This document shows, piece by piece, positions 1-19,090 of a stretch of DNA of 64,000 nt (positions are counted from its first letter, which is position 1; each line of letters begins with the position of its first letter). Made by a program: the position numbers and the translations under genes. The stretch lies in NCBI RefSeq assembly GCF_009914755.1, contig NC_060925.1. One strand, 5' to 3'. Source of the stretch: the human T2T-CHM13v2.0 reference genome, Homo sapiens. The notes beneath the pieces were generated by a model. That model saw nothing but the letters and a program-made list of their open reading frames with translations. It was not told where the DNA came from and ran no database searches.

Positions 1-1222
1 AGATAAATTGTTTCGGTAATTGCAGACTTGGCATCTGGGAATAGTTGAGCACAACTAATATTAATCTGCTCAAAAGAAAATGGTTATGTACAATTATTAT
101 ATGTTGATTATGAATAAAAAATAAAATGATTACAAATTCCAAATAAATGAATTGAAAGTAGTGAAGCCATTTTTTTTTTTCTTTTGGTTATCATAGCCAG
201 AAGAGTTATCTTCTGGTTTTAGAACATATGAGCAGAAAGGTTTCAGTTTTGCGTTCTTAAATTCAATTTACAACCTTGGAAAAGAAGCTCTTTACTTTTT
301 CCCCTATTTTAGTTGGCATACCTGTAAAGTAAGAATTTAGATGAGACCTTTAAGACCTCTTCCAGCATAAACATTCTGTGATTTTGAAGTTGTTTTACCC
401 TTAGAACATTTATCACATTCTCCTTCGAGTATAGTTATTTGTGCTTTTTACTTTTCTCCTTTAATAACTACTTCTCTAAGAGTCAAAAGGGTAAATTATC
501 TTCATATTAATCTTGCTCAATTCCTTACTCAGAGAAAGCATCTAGATATTTGTTTAGAATAAAGTCTATTAATGTAGTTCACTATATATAGTCAAATGTT
601 GTTCTTCAAAACCTTATTAAATACACAAAAATTTAGTATAGCAATTCTTTGTCTTGGCCATCAGTATCAATATGGGACTTTGCTTTTCATTAAAACTAAA
701 CTTGTCTTTGTAGACTTCTCATTTAAACTCATTCTGCTTAATTCTACTCAGTTGAATAGATTAATTTTGGGCCTTGCCATGTGCTATTAATAGTATCACT
801 CAGGGCAAATTACTTAGACTCTCTCATCCTCAATTCCCTAAATAGTAAGACTGGAAATAATAATGGAGTATTTGCCAAGTTACCATCATATTTAAATGAA
901 ATAACTTGGAACAATATCAAGTGCTTGATACAGAGTAGAAACTCATTAAAATGTTGGTTTTTTACCTCTTCACGGTTGTGACTTTTGCATCTTCCTGGTA
1001 GCAGGGCACCTAGTATTAAATATTTAGTAAATGTTTATTAAATTGAAGGTGCAAATAACTTAAATAACTTAATATGATAAATTATTGCTATATAAGTAAT
1101 ATTCAGTATTGTTATTAAGGATAGGCTTTAAGACATAAAGTAACTTTCTCTGTTGGCTCTATTTAATTTTTTGTGTAATAAAAACATTTTCATCTTTAGT
1201 ATTTTTTTTGTTGTTGTTTCAG

Positions 1223-1295
1223 TGATGCAGCTTGGTTTAACGAATCTTGGTTAAGCCGAATTAAAGAGGATGTTGGGGACAACTGGAGAATAAAG
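1223..1295 (+). CDS. HOOK1: HOOK1 coding exon (probable exon 3), Hook domain: (I)DAAWFNESWLSRIKEDVGDNWRIK
   Basis: tttcAG acceptor and GTATG donor; 73 nt; translation matches recalled HOOK1 sequence. Confidence 0.95.
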
Positions 1296-1379
1296 GTATG
1301 CAGAACAAATGGGAGAAGCACTTGATCCAAACAGTGGTCCTAAAGTTAGCACTAAGTTAACCAAATCTGTTTTTCAAAT

Positions 1380-4340
<2,961 letters not shown>

Positions 4341-4605
4341 CAGCTGGACATGCCTGTGTATAAATTTTTACAGTGGGCCCTTGAGTTCATTGTGACCCAC
4401 TTTAAATAGAATCACCCTACTTAACTAAACACTGATTAAATCTCTGATGGTTAAAAAGCATCATGTGTTTGTATTTATAGAACTCTATTATAATGTTTTT
4501 GTTGTTCTTTTTAATTAGGGGAAAGTTTTTATTGTCTTTCATGCTGACATAACTTTTCTTTCATTATTAATCTGAAATAAGAATCTCTTATTTTTTTCAC
4601 ATTAG

Positions 4606-4656
4606 GCCAGTAATGTAAAGAAGGTCCTTCAAGGAATTATGAGTTATTATCATGAG
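4606..4656 (+). CDS. HOOK1: HOOK1 exon 4: ASNVKKVLQGIMSYYHE
   Basis: attAG/GTATG; 51 nt, phase 0-0. Confidence 0.95.
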
Positions 4657-5847
4657 GTATGAAAACCATCTGACTTTGTTTAAATGCATCATGCTATACG
4701 AAAATTACTTTAAGACTGAAAAATCACTTGGTTTTTTGTTTATAATATTTTACTGGAATGTAAGTCATAATTAGAACATGTTTTATTGTCATTTTTATAG
4801 AATGCTCATTTGTGAAAATAAGCTTGGATATATTGATTTGTAAGATAACATTGCTTAGGTATTGATACTCTCCGAATTGATTTTCAAGTAGAATTACCTT
4901 CATCTTTAATATATTTGATTTTGTGCAATACTATAAAGTAGACTTTATAATTAATTGAAATAATTTTCTATTTAAAGCAATATTTTGACATTTCTTCCCA
5001 GCGTAAACAGTAGCAAAGACATAAATGAGATTATGCTCATACAAGTAAATTGGAAAAAATGCAAAATAAAAGTAGTATTATAAAGTCACTTTAGATAGTA
5101 CATTAGTCAAATAGTTTTGTTTTTTCTTATTCAGCATCATAACAAGTTCTCTAGTAGGGTTTTTGATATAAGAGAGTTTATTGCTGAATGATTGGCAGCT
5201 TTTGAATGACTTTTCCATTAAAGAATTTTTGTTTCTATTCTTTAAAGTCGTCACACAATTAAACTTGTAATTTCTTCCCAAAATGTTTAATATTCTCTAA
5301 AATTTTTCAATTTATTAAATACCTAAAACTAATTCTGAAGCTGTTTTAATGCCAAGAACCCTTTTAATCAGCTAAAAAATAAGAAAAAGAAAGATAAGAC
5401 CAGGAAAAAAAATTAATCCATTAGATTTGTTGCTCATTTGTAAAAGTACAGTGATTTACATTGTGTTTCTCTGTTAATTGATTATATATGAAAATATTAT
5501 GAATATTCTTTGGCTTAACATATGCTTATTATTTAATGGACAGGCATAAGTTTTATCATAGTAGACTAGGCCAAGTGCTTCTTAAGTTAAATTCTTCTCT
5601 CTGACAGTGAAATCAAAGGATATTTGATGTGAAACCAAAAGGAAATATAGTGCTTTTGGTTGGTTACTCAGAATTTTGGAATGTTGCCTGAACATTGCTA
5701 ACTGGTTTTAATAATTATTTATTTGTCATTTGTTATTTTATCTGAGTTGTTTCGTGAATTTATAATTTATTTTCATTGTAATATTAAATGTAGCAAATTC
5801 TTTGCAGCCGACATAAATGAGTGATCTAATTTATTTTAATATTGTAG

Positions 5848-5980
5848 TTTTTGGGGCAGCAGATTTCAGAAGCACTTATCCCTGATTTAAACCAAATAAC
5901 CGAATGTTCAGATCCAGTGGAGCTTGGGAGGTTGCTCCAGCTTATTTTAGGTTGTGCGATCAACTGTGAAAAGAAGCAAG
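5848..5980 (+). CDS. HOOK1: HOOK1 exon 5: FLGQQISEALIPDLNQITECSDPVELGRLLQLILGCAINCEKKQ(E)
   Basis: tgtAG/GTAAG; 133 nt; Hook-family ELGRLLQLILGCA motif. Confidence 0.97.
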
Positions 5981-7787
5981 GTAAGTGAATTTCAATCATT
6001 TGAGGATTTCTACTTTCTAGAAACTTTCTACATTGCTATATAAGCTAGCATTAAATCATACTATTAAAGCTTGGCAGAAAGCACCCTGAAACGTAAACCA
6101 GAAGATCTGAATTCTAGCCCAACTCTGTCGTTGAAAAGTGGCATACCTTGAGTGTCCTATTTGTACCTGGATTCTGATATTCATATTCAGTGGCTAAATT
6201 AGATGTATTTTAGTTTAATTAGTTTAATATACCCAGTACATAAGACTTAGTGGATAGTCAATAAAAATTGTACTTATTCATTTGATACATTATGTCTATT
6301 TTACATGTAAGAACCTTATGTGGATTCAGTTTTCATAAATAAATATTCAGCTACTAATTTATAATTCAAGTTTCTTCAGATAATATTCTGCTCCATTCAG
6401 AAGCATATCTGTCCAATATATCCTCCAGATAAGTGGTCTAATGATATAAATGGAATTGATGCATTATATTGGTATATCCAAACACAGTGATCCATATTTT
6501 GCTGAGTACAAAAGGATCATATTTGGTTGCATGTAATGATGAATGATGAACTGAACAGGCCCAGACCTCCTTCCCTTGAGGGCTTTAATCCGTTTCGGTG
6601 GTGAGACTTTTGACGCTGATGTTTTTTTGCATGATTCATCCAAACTTGTTCTTAGTACACCACCTTTATGAAAGAATAATGTTGAGTGCTTAAGTTTGCA
6701 AAATGCAAATACTTCAAGCCAGGGCCTTGGAAAACATTCAACATTGTCTGACTAATGAAGAAAGGATATAAGCTGGGATAAATTTACCTACAAACTCTGA
6801 AAGGAGAAAAATAAAACAAAATACATGAAATTAATTGTAGTTTATCAATTATAAAAGGACAGTGACTAGGTGTCAGAGAATTTTTATATTAGTCCATCTC
6901 TACTATTTACTAGAAGTTTTTTTCTAGGACAAGCCAGTACTTCTCTGTAGGCTTTTATTTCTCACTTATAAATAAAGTTAAAGATCTGTATATTGGGTTT
7001 TTCATAAAAGCAGGGACATTTGCTCATGGAAGGTTAAAACTTCTCTAAATATTTAATCACAAATTGACAAGTAGTAATTTATTTATAAATCTAGTAATTT
7101 TTTGTTGTAATCGTGATTATTTTTATTTTTTCATTGATTAATGCTTTGTTAATATTTTCATTGCTGGTTATTTGTAACTTATTTTTGCTTAATTAATCTT
7201 AACCAGGTTTGTAAGTTTCGTTAGTCTTTTTTAAAGAGCCAACTTTTGGCTTTGATTCTATTTTGTTTTTACTATTTAGTTTTGTTGTCCTCTTTTATCT
7301 CATACGTTTTTCTTGTGAATTAATCAGCTGTTCCTTTTCTAAGCTATAATTGACATTTTAAGTGGTAATTTTGCCTTAAAGTGATTATTTTGTTGCATCC
7401 TAAAAATTTTAATATTATATGTAATATTTTCATAATTTACTTCTAAGCACTATTGAGCAATTTTGTCCAGTTTTAAAAGGAATTCAATTCCTAGATACAT
7501 AACTTTTTAAAAGCTTTCACACTTTTGTATTTTGCTGTATGAATTGATTTTTAAAATGATTTCAAGGTACTGACTGCAACAATCTCAATCTTGAAAGAAT
7601 GAATTCATTTGCTTAACAATACTCAGTTTATCTTGGTGAGGAAGGAAGACATACTGGTGGACAAATAATGTATTTACATAAAGGATTATCTGTGGGTAGA
7701 TGAATTTTTATAGTCTATTAATTTGATGGCTAAGGTACTATGTGTAAAGAGTAGATTTTTTTCAGATTTGATTTTTTTAAATCATAG

Positions 7788-7855
7788 AACATATTCAAAA
7801 TATAATGACACTGGAAGAGTCTGTTCAACATGTGGTCATGACTGCTATTCAAGAG
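7788..7855 (+). CDS. HOOK1: HOOK1 exon 6: (E)HIQNIMTLEESVQHVVMTAIQE
   Basis: catAG/GTAAG; 68 nt; conserved Hook-domain C-terminal helix. Confidence 0.96.
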
Positions 7856-8094
7856 GTAAGTTATATCATGTTCCTATGAGTATAAAAATCCTAAACCAAA
7901 TTATACAAAACTTTTCATACTTTATGCTTTTCTTTTTTAAAAACTTGCTCTTTGTTGTAAGTTTACTTCCCCTTAGCTAGTGGGTCTTCCTTTTTTACCC
8001 CCAAAAATATTTTAAAAGGCCTTTAAGCCCAATTTTAGTACCTCTGCATTTTAAAAGCTGGTTAATAAATTAATATTATCAAGTCTCTTTAAAT

Positions 8095-8411
8095 CAGTGG
8101 TCCTCAACCTTTTTGGCACCAGGGACCAGTTTTGTGGAAGACAATTTTTCCACAGACCCGGGGTGGCGGGCAGGGGGAAGGTTTTGGGATGAAACTGTTC
8201 CACCTCAGATAATCAGGCATTAGATTCACGTAAGAAGCGTTCACAGTGGGGTTTTTGCTCCTATGAGAATCTAATGCTGCCGCTGATCTATCAGCAGGTG
8301 GAGTCCAGGTGATAATGCTCTCTTGCCTGCCACTCACCTGCTTCTGTGCAGCCCAGTTTTAACAGGCCATGGACTGGTGCCAGTCCATGGCCTGGGGGTT
8401 GGGGACCCTTC
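8095..8411 (+). mobile_element. MER1B-like hAT-Charlie DNA transposon
   Basis: CAGTGGTCCTCAACCTTTTTGGCACCAGGGACC...GGTTGGGGACCC termini; perfect 8-bp TSD CTTTAAAT at 8087-8094 and 8412-8419. Confidence 0.88.
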
Positions 8412-9315
8412 CTTTAAATAACTTCAACTAAGCAGGAAACGCAGGATAAACAGTCTCTGACCAGAACAGTCTCTGACCAGACAGGAGTTTTTCTTTTTTC
8501 TTTTTTTTCTTCCAGTTATAACAATCTTTCCTGAATTTTTCATTTATATATACCATATGCATTTTCAAAATGTTAGATCTGTGAGCAAATATGGTGGTAC
8601 TTAGGTTTAGTTTTACCAGGTAAGTTGGATTAAAGCTAGTCTAGTTATCTAAGTTGAGCCAGGAAGGATTCAGAATTAATGTGGTGCAGAGTTGATTCTT
8701 AATATCAGCCTAAAAGGCTGAGATGGATTGCAGAGGAGACTTCAGGAAAAGCAGACTTTGGAAGGGGCATGACTTAGAGGGAGACGTCATACAGGACTTT
8801 TGTAGTCTGTACTCCCTGAGTTTGCATTGTTGGTTTGGATTCAGAGTATCCCTGTACATAAGTAAATCTGCCTTTCATCTCAGAGTTATTTTACAGGATC
8901 TTTTTTTCATATAATCGTAACTCCTACTTTTAAAATGACTTCTCAAAAAGGCTGCATTAAAAAAGTATTAACTTATAATGTATATGAATCCCTTTAAAAA
9001 TTATTTAATGTGTTCACTCTTTATCAGTAATATGTCTTTTAGGACTTGTATTGAAATTTGTCAGTACACAAGTATTTTGAATATATCTATGTATTTAAAG
9101 CACAATTTACTTATAGTGTCCTCACTAATATGCTTGAATTTGTGTTATTAAGTTAAGGCTCTAATAAAGTTTTTATCTGAATAGCGTTCTAAGGATCCTC
9201 AAATTAAGGCAAGGAAAAGCTAAATATAAATCATTTTACTATCCTTTCAAGAAAATATATTTTACTTCATAAACATCACATTGTTATACTTAATTTTATT
9301 ATTTTAATTTCCTAG

Positions 9316-9378
9316 TTGATGAGTAAAGAAATATTGAGCTCTCCTCCAAATGATGCTGTTGGAGAATTGGAGCAACAG
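9316..9378 (+). CDS. HOOK1: HOOK1 exon 7: LMSKEILSSPPNDAVGELEQQ
   Basis: cctAG/GTGAG; 63 nt; corresponds to the start of ORF 9316..9600. Confidence 0.95.
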
Positions 9379-10137
9379 GTGAGTATTTTAGTATGGAAGA
9401 AAAATGTTGAAAGCAATGTTAGGGTTTCTTTGCCAATTACTCTCATAAGGCTTACAAAGAGAGCATATACAATAATATTTTCTTCTGTGAAATTTGGTTT
9501 ATTCTTCTGCATGATCCCAATTGAATGGCAGTGGTGTTGGTCTCCAGAGATTTTTGTGATCATGTTGAAAGAGTTGAGTGGCATTGAACATTCCTTCTGA
9601 CACTTGTATATTTGGACCATGCTGTATGGTAACACAGTGAAATAGAGGACAATTAAAAACAAACTCTGCTAAGTTTTAATTTATTTAATAATGTAATTTT
9701 TTTCACTGTTGCTATCCTCTCACTTGATATTGAAGAAATAGCTCAAAGGCCCTGTACTCAAGGCTCCTTTCCTTCAGGACTGTTTTACAGGGGGAAAAGA
9801 CACTCTTCTCCCATTTATAACCCAATCTGGGTTATAGAGTAAAGGGTAAAAGGAGAGGCAAATGCATTAAGTACTTTTTCTGTTATATTTTTAAACACTT
9901 CTTCTTTTATGAGTGTCGCCAGTCATCTCAAGAAGTATTTCAAAAGAAAATGTTTAAAGAAATAATTTATTTAAATGTAAACATGCTGTGTTTTTTCCTA
10001 AACATTTTTCTGTAATAAAACTAAACAATGCCTTCTCTAATACTTGTAAAAATATTTTGCAGGGATTTACATAAAATGTAGTTCTGTGGGACTGTAGCCT
10101 TCAATGTTAATGAGGTCATGTAAAACAAAGACAACAA

Positions 10138-12611
<2,474 letters not shown>

Positions 12612-12750
12612 TCATTTCTTATTAGGTAAATTCAAAAAATAATTTCCCATATCAGTGTATATGTGTGTTGTGAGAAGAGTATATTTTTCTATTTTTCTAT
12701 ATTTGTGTCAAAACACGATTTACTAAGATTTAGGACATTTTGTATTTCAG

Positions 12751-12834
12751 CTTAAAAGAGCCTTGGAAGAACTTCAGGAAGCACTAGCAGAAAAAGAAGA
12801 GCTGAGGCAAAGATGTGAAGAATTGGATATGCAG
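12751..12834 (+). CDS. HOOK1: HOOK1 exon 8: LKRALEELQEALAEKEELRQRCEELDMQ
   Basis: ttcAG/GTACG; 84 nt; coiled coil. Confidence 0.95.
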
Positions 12835-13354
12835 GTACGGGAAAAAACCCTGAGCTGAGAAAAACTTCCTCTTTAAGTTTACAGAAGATTTTTATTGTAA
12901 TTAATTAGTTAGCACTATGTTTTGTAGATTAGGTTTGACTTCATGGAGGTAACATTAAAAGGATTTCTTATAGGCTTGAATATTCAAGTATTAATTTCAT
13001 AAATATTTTTCTCTGATAGTTGAAATTTGCTGGCTTAACTTTCTTTGAGAAAATCACTCTACTAATTTTAAAATTTCAATTATTTAGATAAGAACTCAGT
13101 TTTCATTTTTGTAAAATGGGAAAGTTAAAGTTTCTACTTCATATTGTGTATGTGAATATTAAGTAGAGGTAATTTATGGAAGTATTAAGTGGTACCTGAC
13201 ACTTCCCCCCCAGTAAATTCAAGTACATGTTCATATTTATGTATGTAGTCTCTTATGGCAAATTTTTGCTAACATGTATGTATATATAAACGTGTGTATA
13301 TAATCTTGTATTCATATGCACATGTATGTTAAAATGAACTTGGCATGAGCAACA

Positions 13355-13580
13355 ATAGTTAATGGTTAAGAGGTTAGATTGTCAAACCAGGCTACCTACA
13401 TTCAGAACCTGGCATATTACTAGCTGGTTATATGCTCCAGGCACATTACTTAATTATCCTGTACTTCAGTTTTCTCTTTTGAGAAATGGAGTGATGATAG
13501 CATATATCTCCCAGAGTGGTCGTGAGGGTTAAATGAGTTCATATATATAGCACTTAGAGCCTGGCACAGAAGTGCTGTGT
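13355..13580 (+). mobile_element. MIR SINE
   Basis: TGGTTAAGAG...CAGTTTTCTCTTTTGAGAAATGG...GTGAGGGTTAAATGAG core. Confidence 0.7.
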
Positions 13581-15874
13581 TTATTGTTTGCATATGATGT
13601 TACTGTTACATTAAAATACAAATGTGCATATTATGCAATTAGTCTAGAAAAAGGTGTACAGAAGGTTAAGTGTACCTTCATAATATGCTGTATGTAAATG
13701 GCATTTTTTTGTTTGAATAATGAGCTAAATTTGTAGTTGATTCTCTGAAAAGTGTAAGGGCAAGGAGCAAAGGTGTGGTAGCATTATCCTTGCTAGAGGA
13801 AGTAAATATCTAAAATGACAGGGCTAGATAATGCTTCTAACCCTTAAGCATTTGGAAATAAAGAAAAGGAAAAGACTTGGTTAGGGTGACTAGTCACTTA
13901 GGGCAGTGGGAGCACTAGAATTCAGGTCTTCTAACTTCATCTGTAAAAACCAGTCCTCTGTATTTGAATGAAGTAAGTGTCTCAAGTAAGGGAAATTTAA
14001 TCTGTTCTCCTTCGCACCTTTCCTAACTACATATTGTAACATATACCTTCAGACACATGCAAAGTACCTGAAATGTGTTCATTTTAAATGGGATCATATT
14101 CACCCTGTAAAATACCTTGTAGGAAAAACAGAAGATTGAGCCATTCAGGTATTACCATTCTCTTGTAGGATCTAGGTACAGTCTTCTGAGAAATTCTTAT
14201 TCAATAAAGAACACAAAATTCTGCATTTAAAGATTTATGTGTTTGTAACAAATAATAAAGGATATATGATCTGGTTTTAGGTGAAAAGTGCAGAAATCCC
14301 AAACAGAGGGAGACAGAGACAGGTGCAGATTGAACTTATCACCATGAGAGCTTGTTGAAGGAGATGCCTGGAACCACCACCCAGTGTTCCAAGTCACGGT
14401 TCTGGGGTGGGAACAAGGAATGTGCCTGTCTCGCACCCTTCTTACTCATGTCTGTGCCAGAGATGGCTCTGGAGCCACATTGAAGCATATGGATAGGAGC
14501 AAGATTGGTTATTCACCAGGTGTTCAAAACTAAAATTTGCCCTTGGTCCTATTCGTTTTTAGAGGAGTCCTACCCAGTTTTGATGCCTGAGGGTGTTGTT
14601 TTTCCTCTGTCAGTCATTTTTTGACAGCCCCTACACTCAAGCTAGAATGAGATATTCTTTTCTTTGTGCCCTACCCTTACCCTATAGTGTACTTCTATCA
14701 AAGCACCTTCAACATCTTTTACATAATTGTTTACATTTCTACTGTAAGGGTCTTGGGGGCAGAAACTCTTTATTCTTTTTTGTATCTGAATCACTTAGAA
14801 TTATTATGCATGACAGGTAATAGTAGTCACTAAACAGCTTACATAATAGGCATGGATGCATGCATTGAATTTGGGAATAGAAAGTTATTTCATTATATTG
14901 TCTGCCCAGGGACAGTTTCCCAGACTTTGTAGTTCTCATTTAGAAGACAGTAACTTGCCTATATACTGTGTTCAGGGCAATCACTTGATGTTAATTTCCT
15001 ATTAGTTCTTTGTGTCAATGTGTAGTCATATTTACATAACTGGATTGAATTACATGTTTTGAAGATATGGATAGCAAACTTATTCAGTAATACACTGGAA
15101 ATCAGAATAGGTTAATCAATGGTTTTTCAAACTAATTCTTAATCATATGTAAAAGTTCTGGCCTTATCAAAAGACACAGCCTTAGCTATACATTTTTAAA
15201 GATGTTTTTAAATGGAAAAGAAGTAGAACCAGGAGAGAAAATCATGCATGTTTTAAAAATATGAATAAAAAAAATTGCTCCAGGTACTGATAATGATGTG
15301 GTTCTACACTAACATGTTTTTATTCGTTTTAAATCATAAGCAAATAGTTTAAATGTACAAATGGAAACAGCTTAGCTTTTTGTTATTGAATCATTAACCA
15401 AATGTGCTTATTTCTTGAATATGTGATATGTGACTGATAATTTTATACTCTCAACCTATCATGATAACTTTGAACATATGTGTGTATATTTTGGCTTAGC
15501 AGGTGACATCATTCTAAAAATTAGTTTATACCTAAAAGAGGAGACAAATTAATTTTTTGAAGTTTCATTTGTGCATCAAATTTTAGAGACTTGAAAACAT
15601 TTTCTTCCCCAAACAAAGGCAGGCATAGCATTTTAAAGATATAGTTACTCTATTTTCTCCATATGTGTATTGATTTGATTTCTTTTCTTTGACTTACATC
15701 TCCTAGACTCTGAATTCTGCATTCAGAAGGATCCTTAGAACTCATCTAGTATGACAGACCAAGCTATTTAATGGCTTAGTCAGATCTAGAATCCAGAACT
15801 CTAGACTCTAATAAGAATTTTTATTTTTTTGTTTTTTTTCTACTGGTGCTTATGTATGTGTATTTGTTTCTTAG

Positions 15875-16041
15875 GTGACTACACTTCAAGATGAAAAGAA
15901 TTCACTGGTTTCTGAAAATGAGATGATGAATGAAAAACTTGACCAGTTGGATGGCTCTTTTGATGATCCAAACACAGTGGTTGCAAAAAAGTATTTTCAT
16001 GCACAATTACAACTAGAACAATTACAGGAAGAAAACTTCAG
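15875..16041 (+). CDS. HOOK1: HOOK1 exon 9: VTTLQDEKNSLVSENEMMNEKLDQLDGSFDDPNTVVAKKYFHAQLQLEQLQEENF(R)
   Basis: cttAG/GTAGC; 167 nt, phase 0-2. Confidence 0.95.
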
Positions 16042-17451
16042 GTAGCATTTTTAATGGAAATCATTTTATGGAGTTCTGTCTATTATACCAGTAGCAAAAA
16101 GTCACAGTATTAACAGCTAATTACTAAGCATTGTTAAGCATCTTTAGGATACTGATTAAGCTCCTGAAAATACCAGATGGTATAAGTGGTTCCTGTTATC
16201 ACAGGGCTAACATCCAGTTAGGAAGTGGGAGATACACATAAAAACAAAACCATTTAAATATGTGTTAAGGACCAAATCAAGGCCATAGGACAGCCAATAG
16301 GAGTTCAAGGCAGTGATTGCTGAAACCTGGGGAGAACAAGGAGTTTCTCAAATAAGATAGGTAACCCTGTAATAAATGGAAAAAAATGTAAATCGTAAGC
16401 CAAGTAGGTGCTTTTCATTTTAACTTGTATATTTCTTTAACAAAGTCATGTATCCTTACCTTTAATAAACATTGATTATCTTTTGTGTGCATACCACTCA
16501 GCCATGAACTATAAGACCTTGAGGACAGGCACTCTAATTGTACTATACATATTTTTTTGTTACTTAATTTTGATATAACTTCAAACTCCCTAAAAAAGTT
16601 GCAAGAATACTACAAGGAACTTCTTTACACCTTTTACTCAGATTCAACAATTATTTTACAGTTTTCTCCATTTGCTTTAGCAATCTCTGTATATAGTCAT
16701 ATAATTTTCATATTTTTATCTGAACCATTTGAGAGAAAGTTGGACACATGTCTCTTTACCCCTGTATATTTCAGTGCATATTTCCTAAGAATGAGGACAT
16801 TCTCTTATAAGCCACGTTATTTTCACATTATTGTGAAAAATGATATAACCATTAAAATTGGGATCTTTTTCTGGACTCTCATTTCATTTCTGTTAGTAAA
16901 TTTGTGCCTGTATGACACTATATTAATTACTATGGTTTTAGAGTATGACTCTTGAGATCTGGTAGTGTAAGTATTCCAATTTTGTTCTTTCTTTTTCAAA
17001 ATTTGTTTTGGCTATTCTAAGTCTTTAGCATTTTCCCATAAAATTGAGAATCAGCTGATCAGTTTCTACTAAAAACCTTTTCAGGATTATGATTTGGATT
17101 GTATAATTGATATCTTAACTATATAGAGAATTCCTATCTATGAATGTAGTCTCATTTATTTAAATATTTAATTTCACTCGGCAGTGCTGTATTGTTTCTA
17201 GCATAGAAGTCTTGTATGTCTTTTGTTAATTTTTTACCCAAGTATTTTGTTTTTGATGCTATTGTAAATGCAAATTCAGAATTATTGTGAAAATTTGCTG
17301 CTAATCTGTAGATAGATGTACAATTATATATTGAAACTTTGATCTTACACCTTGAAACTTGTATCTTAAATATATTGAAACTTTTATATCTTGCAAAGTT
17401 TCTAAATTCACTTATTGAGCTGGTAGTTTGTTTAGATTTAAAAAAGAAATC

Positions 17452-17775
17452 CTTAGTCCATTCCTGCTGCTTTAACAAAATACCTTAGACAGGGTAATTT
17501 ATGAACAAATCTACCACTCACAATTCTGAAGACTGGGAACTCCAAAATCAAGGTACCAGCAGATTCAGTGTCTGTTTGAGGGATAGCTCTCTGCCTCCAA
17601 GATGGCTTCCTCTTGCTGAATCCTTAGGTCCCTTTAACCTCTTTCATAAGAGCACTAATCCCATTCAAGGGGACAGAGCCCTCATAACTTAATCACTTCC
17701 CAAACGGCCCCACCTCTTAATACCACCACAATGGGGATTAGGTTTCAACATGAATTTTAGAGGAACACAGACTAT
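17452..17775 (-). mobile_element. MaLR solo LTR (MLT1A/MST-like) nested in the L1
   Basis: TTAGTCCATTCCTGCTGCTTTAACAAAATACC...TTTCAACATGAATTTT pattern. Confidence 0.7.
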
Positions 17776-18932
17776 GGAATCTACAGTCATTTCATCTATT
17801 AATAGAACTTTACATCTTCCTTTCATTATTTCTGTCTTGTATTTATTTTCCTTGCCTTGTTGCAAGAGCAGCTGTCATTGCTTTTTTCCTGGTCTTAGAG
17901 GGATCATGTGCAATTAGGATCCGTCAAGTATGATGCTAGCTGTAGAGTTGTTCGATGTGCTTTCTGTCAGATTGAGGAAATTCCCCTTGTTTCCACCCTG
18001 CTAAAAGTTTTTTGTTTTTGTTTTTTTTTTCAATCATGATTAGCTGTTGATTTTTGTCAGATGATTTTTCTGCATCTTGAAAAGATGGTGTAGCTTTTCT
18101 TTTTCATTCTTGTAATATATTGATTGATTTTTGAATGTTAAAAACCTACATTCTGGAGATAAACCACTTTGTTCATACTTTATTATCCTGTATATGTGAC
18201 TAGATTCAGTTAATAATTTGAAAGAATTTTTATAACTGTCTTTATAATAGATATTGGTCTAAATTTTGTCTCTTGTAATGTCTTGTTCAGGATTTATCAG
18301 AGTTCTACTAGTCTCATAGAATAACTGAGGCATATTCTCTGTTCTTCTGTTTTCTGAAAGAGTTTATGTAAAAATGTTATTTCTTTCTTAAATTTTGATA
18401 CAGTTTATCAGTAACACAATTTGGACCTATGGTTTTCTTTGTGAGTGTGTTTTTCCTGACAAATTTAATTTCTTTAATGGTCATAGGGCTTTTCAGATTT
18501 CCTATTTCATCTTGTGTTCAGTTTGGTAAGTTGTATTTTTCAGTGTATATGTTTATTTAAGTTGTTGAACTTATTGACATGAAGTTCTTCATAATATTCT
18601 CTTCTTATCCTTAAAACTCAGTGTCTATGGTTATTTAAGTTGTTTAATTTATCGACATGAAGTTGTTCATAATATTCTTTTTTTATCGTTATAATGATTC
18701 TGGCAGATGTGATGATATACCCTTTTACATTCCTGATATTGCTTGGGTTTTCTTTCATTTTTCTTGATCACTCTTGCTAGAGGTTCATCAGTTTTCTTAA
18801 TCTTTTCAAACATCCTTTATTGGCCTTCTATATTATTAGTTTTAGATTTCTTTCTTTATACTTAACTTTGGATTTAAATTTCTCTCCTTTTTCTAGCCTC
18901 TTAAAGTTGAAACTTAGATCATTGATTTTAAT

Positions 18933-19090
18933 CCTTCCTTCCCCTCCCTCCCTTTCTTCCTTCCTTCCTTTTCCTTCCTTCCTTCCTTCCTTCCTTCCTT
19001 CCTTCCTTCCTTCCTTCCTTCCTTCCTCCCTCCCTCCCTCCCTCCTCCCTCCCTCCCTCCCTCTCTCTCTCTCATTCTTTCTTTCTTTCT
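18933..19090. repeat. (TTCC)n/(TCCC)n polypyrimidine microsatellite
   Basis: seen directly. Confidence 0.95.

Noticed and set aside
1324-1338. GATCCAAACAGTGGT resembling exon 9 (GATCCAAACACAGTGGT) and position ~6476
   Set aside because: Too short, with no extension in the flanks; compatible with chance
9312-9662. Overlapping ORFs: exon 7 read-through (94 aa, +) and an antisense 116-aa ORF
   Set aside because: Exon 7 has a strong CAG|GTGAGT donor, the extension has no recognisable features, and I saw no nearby canonical poly(A) signal; chance openness is the simplest explanation
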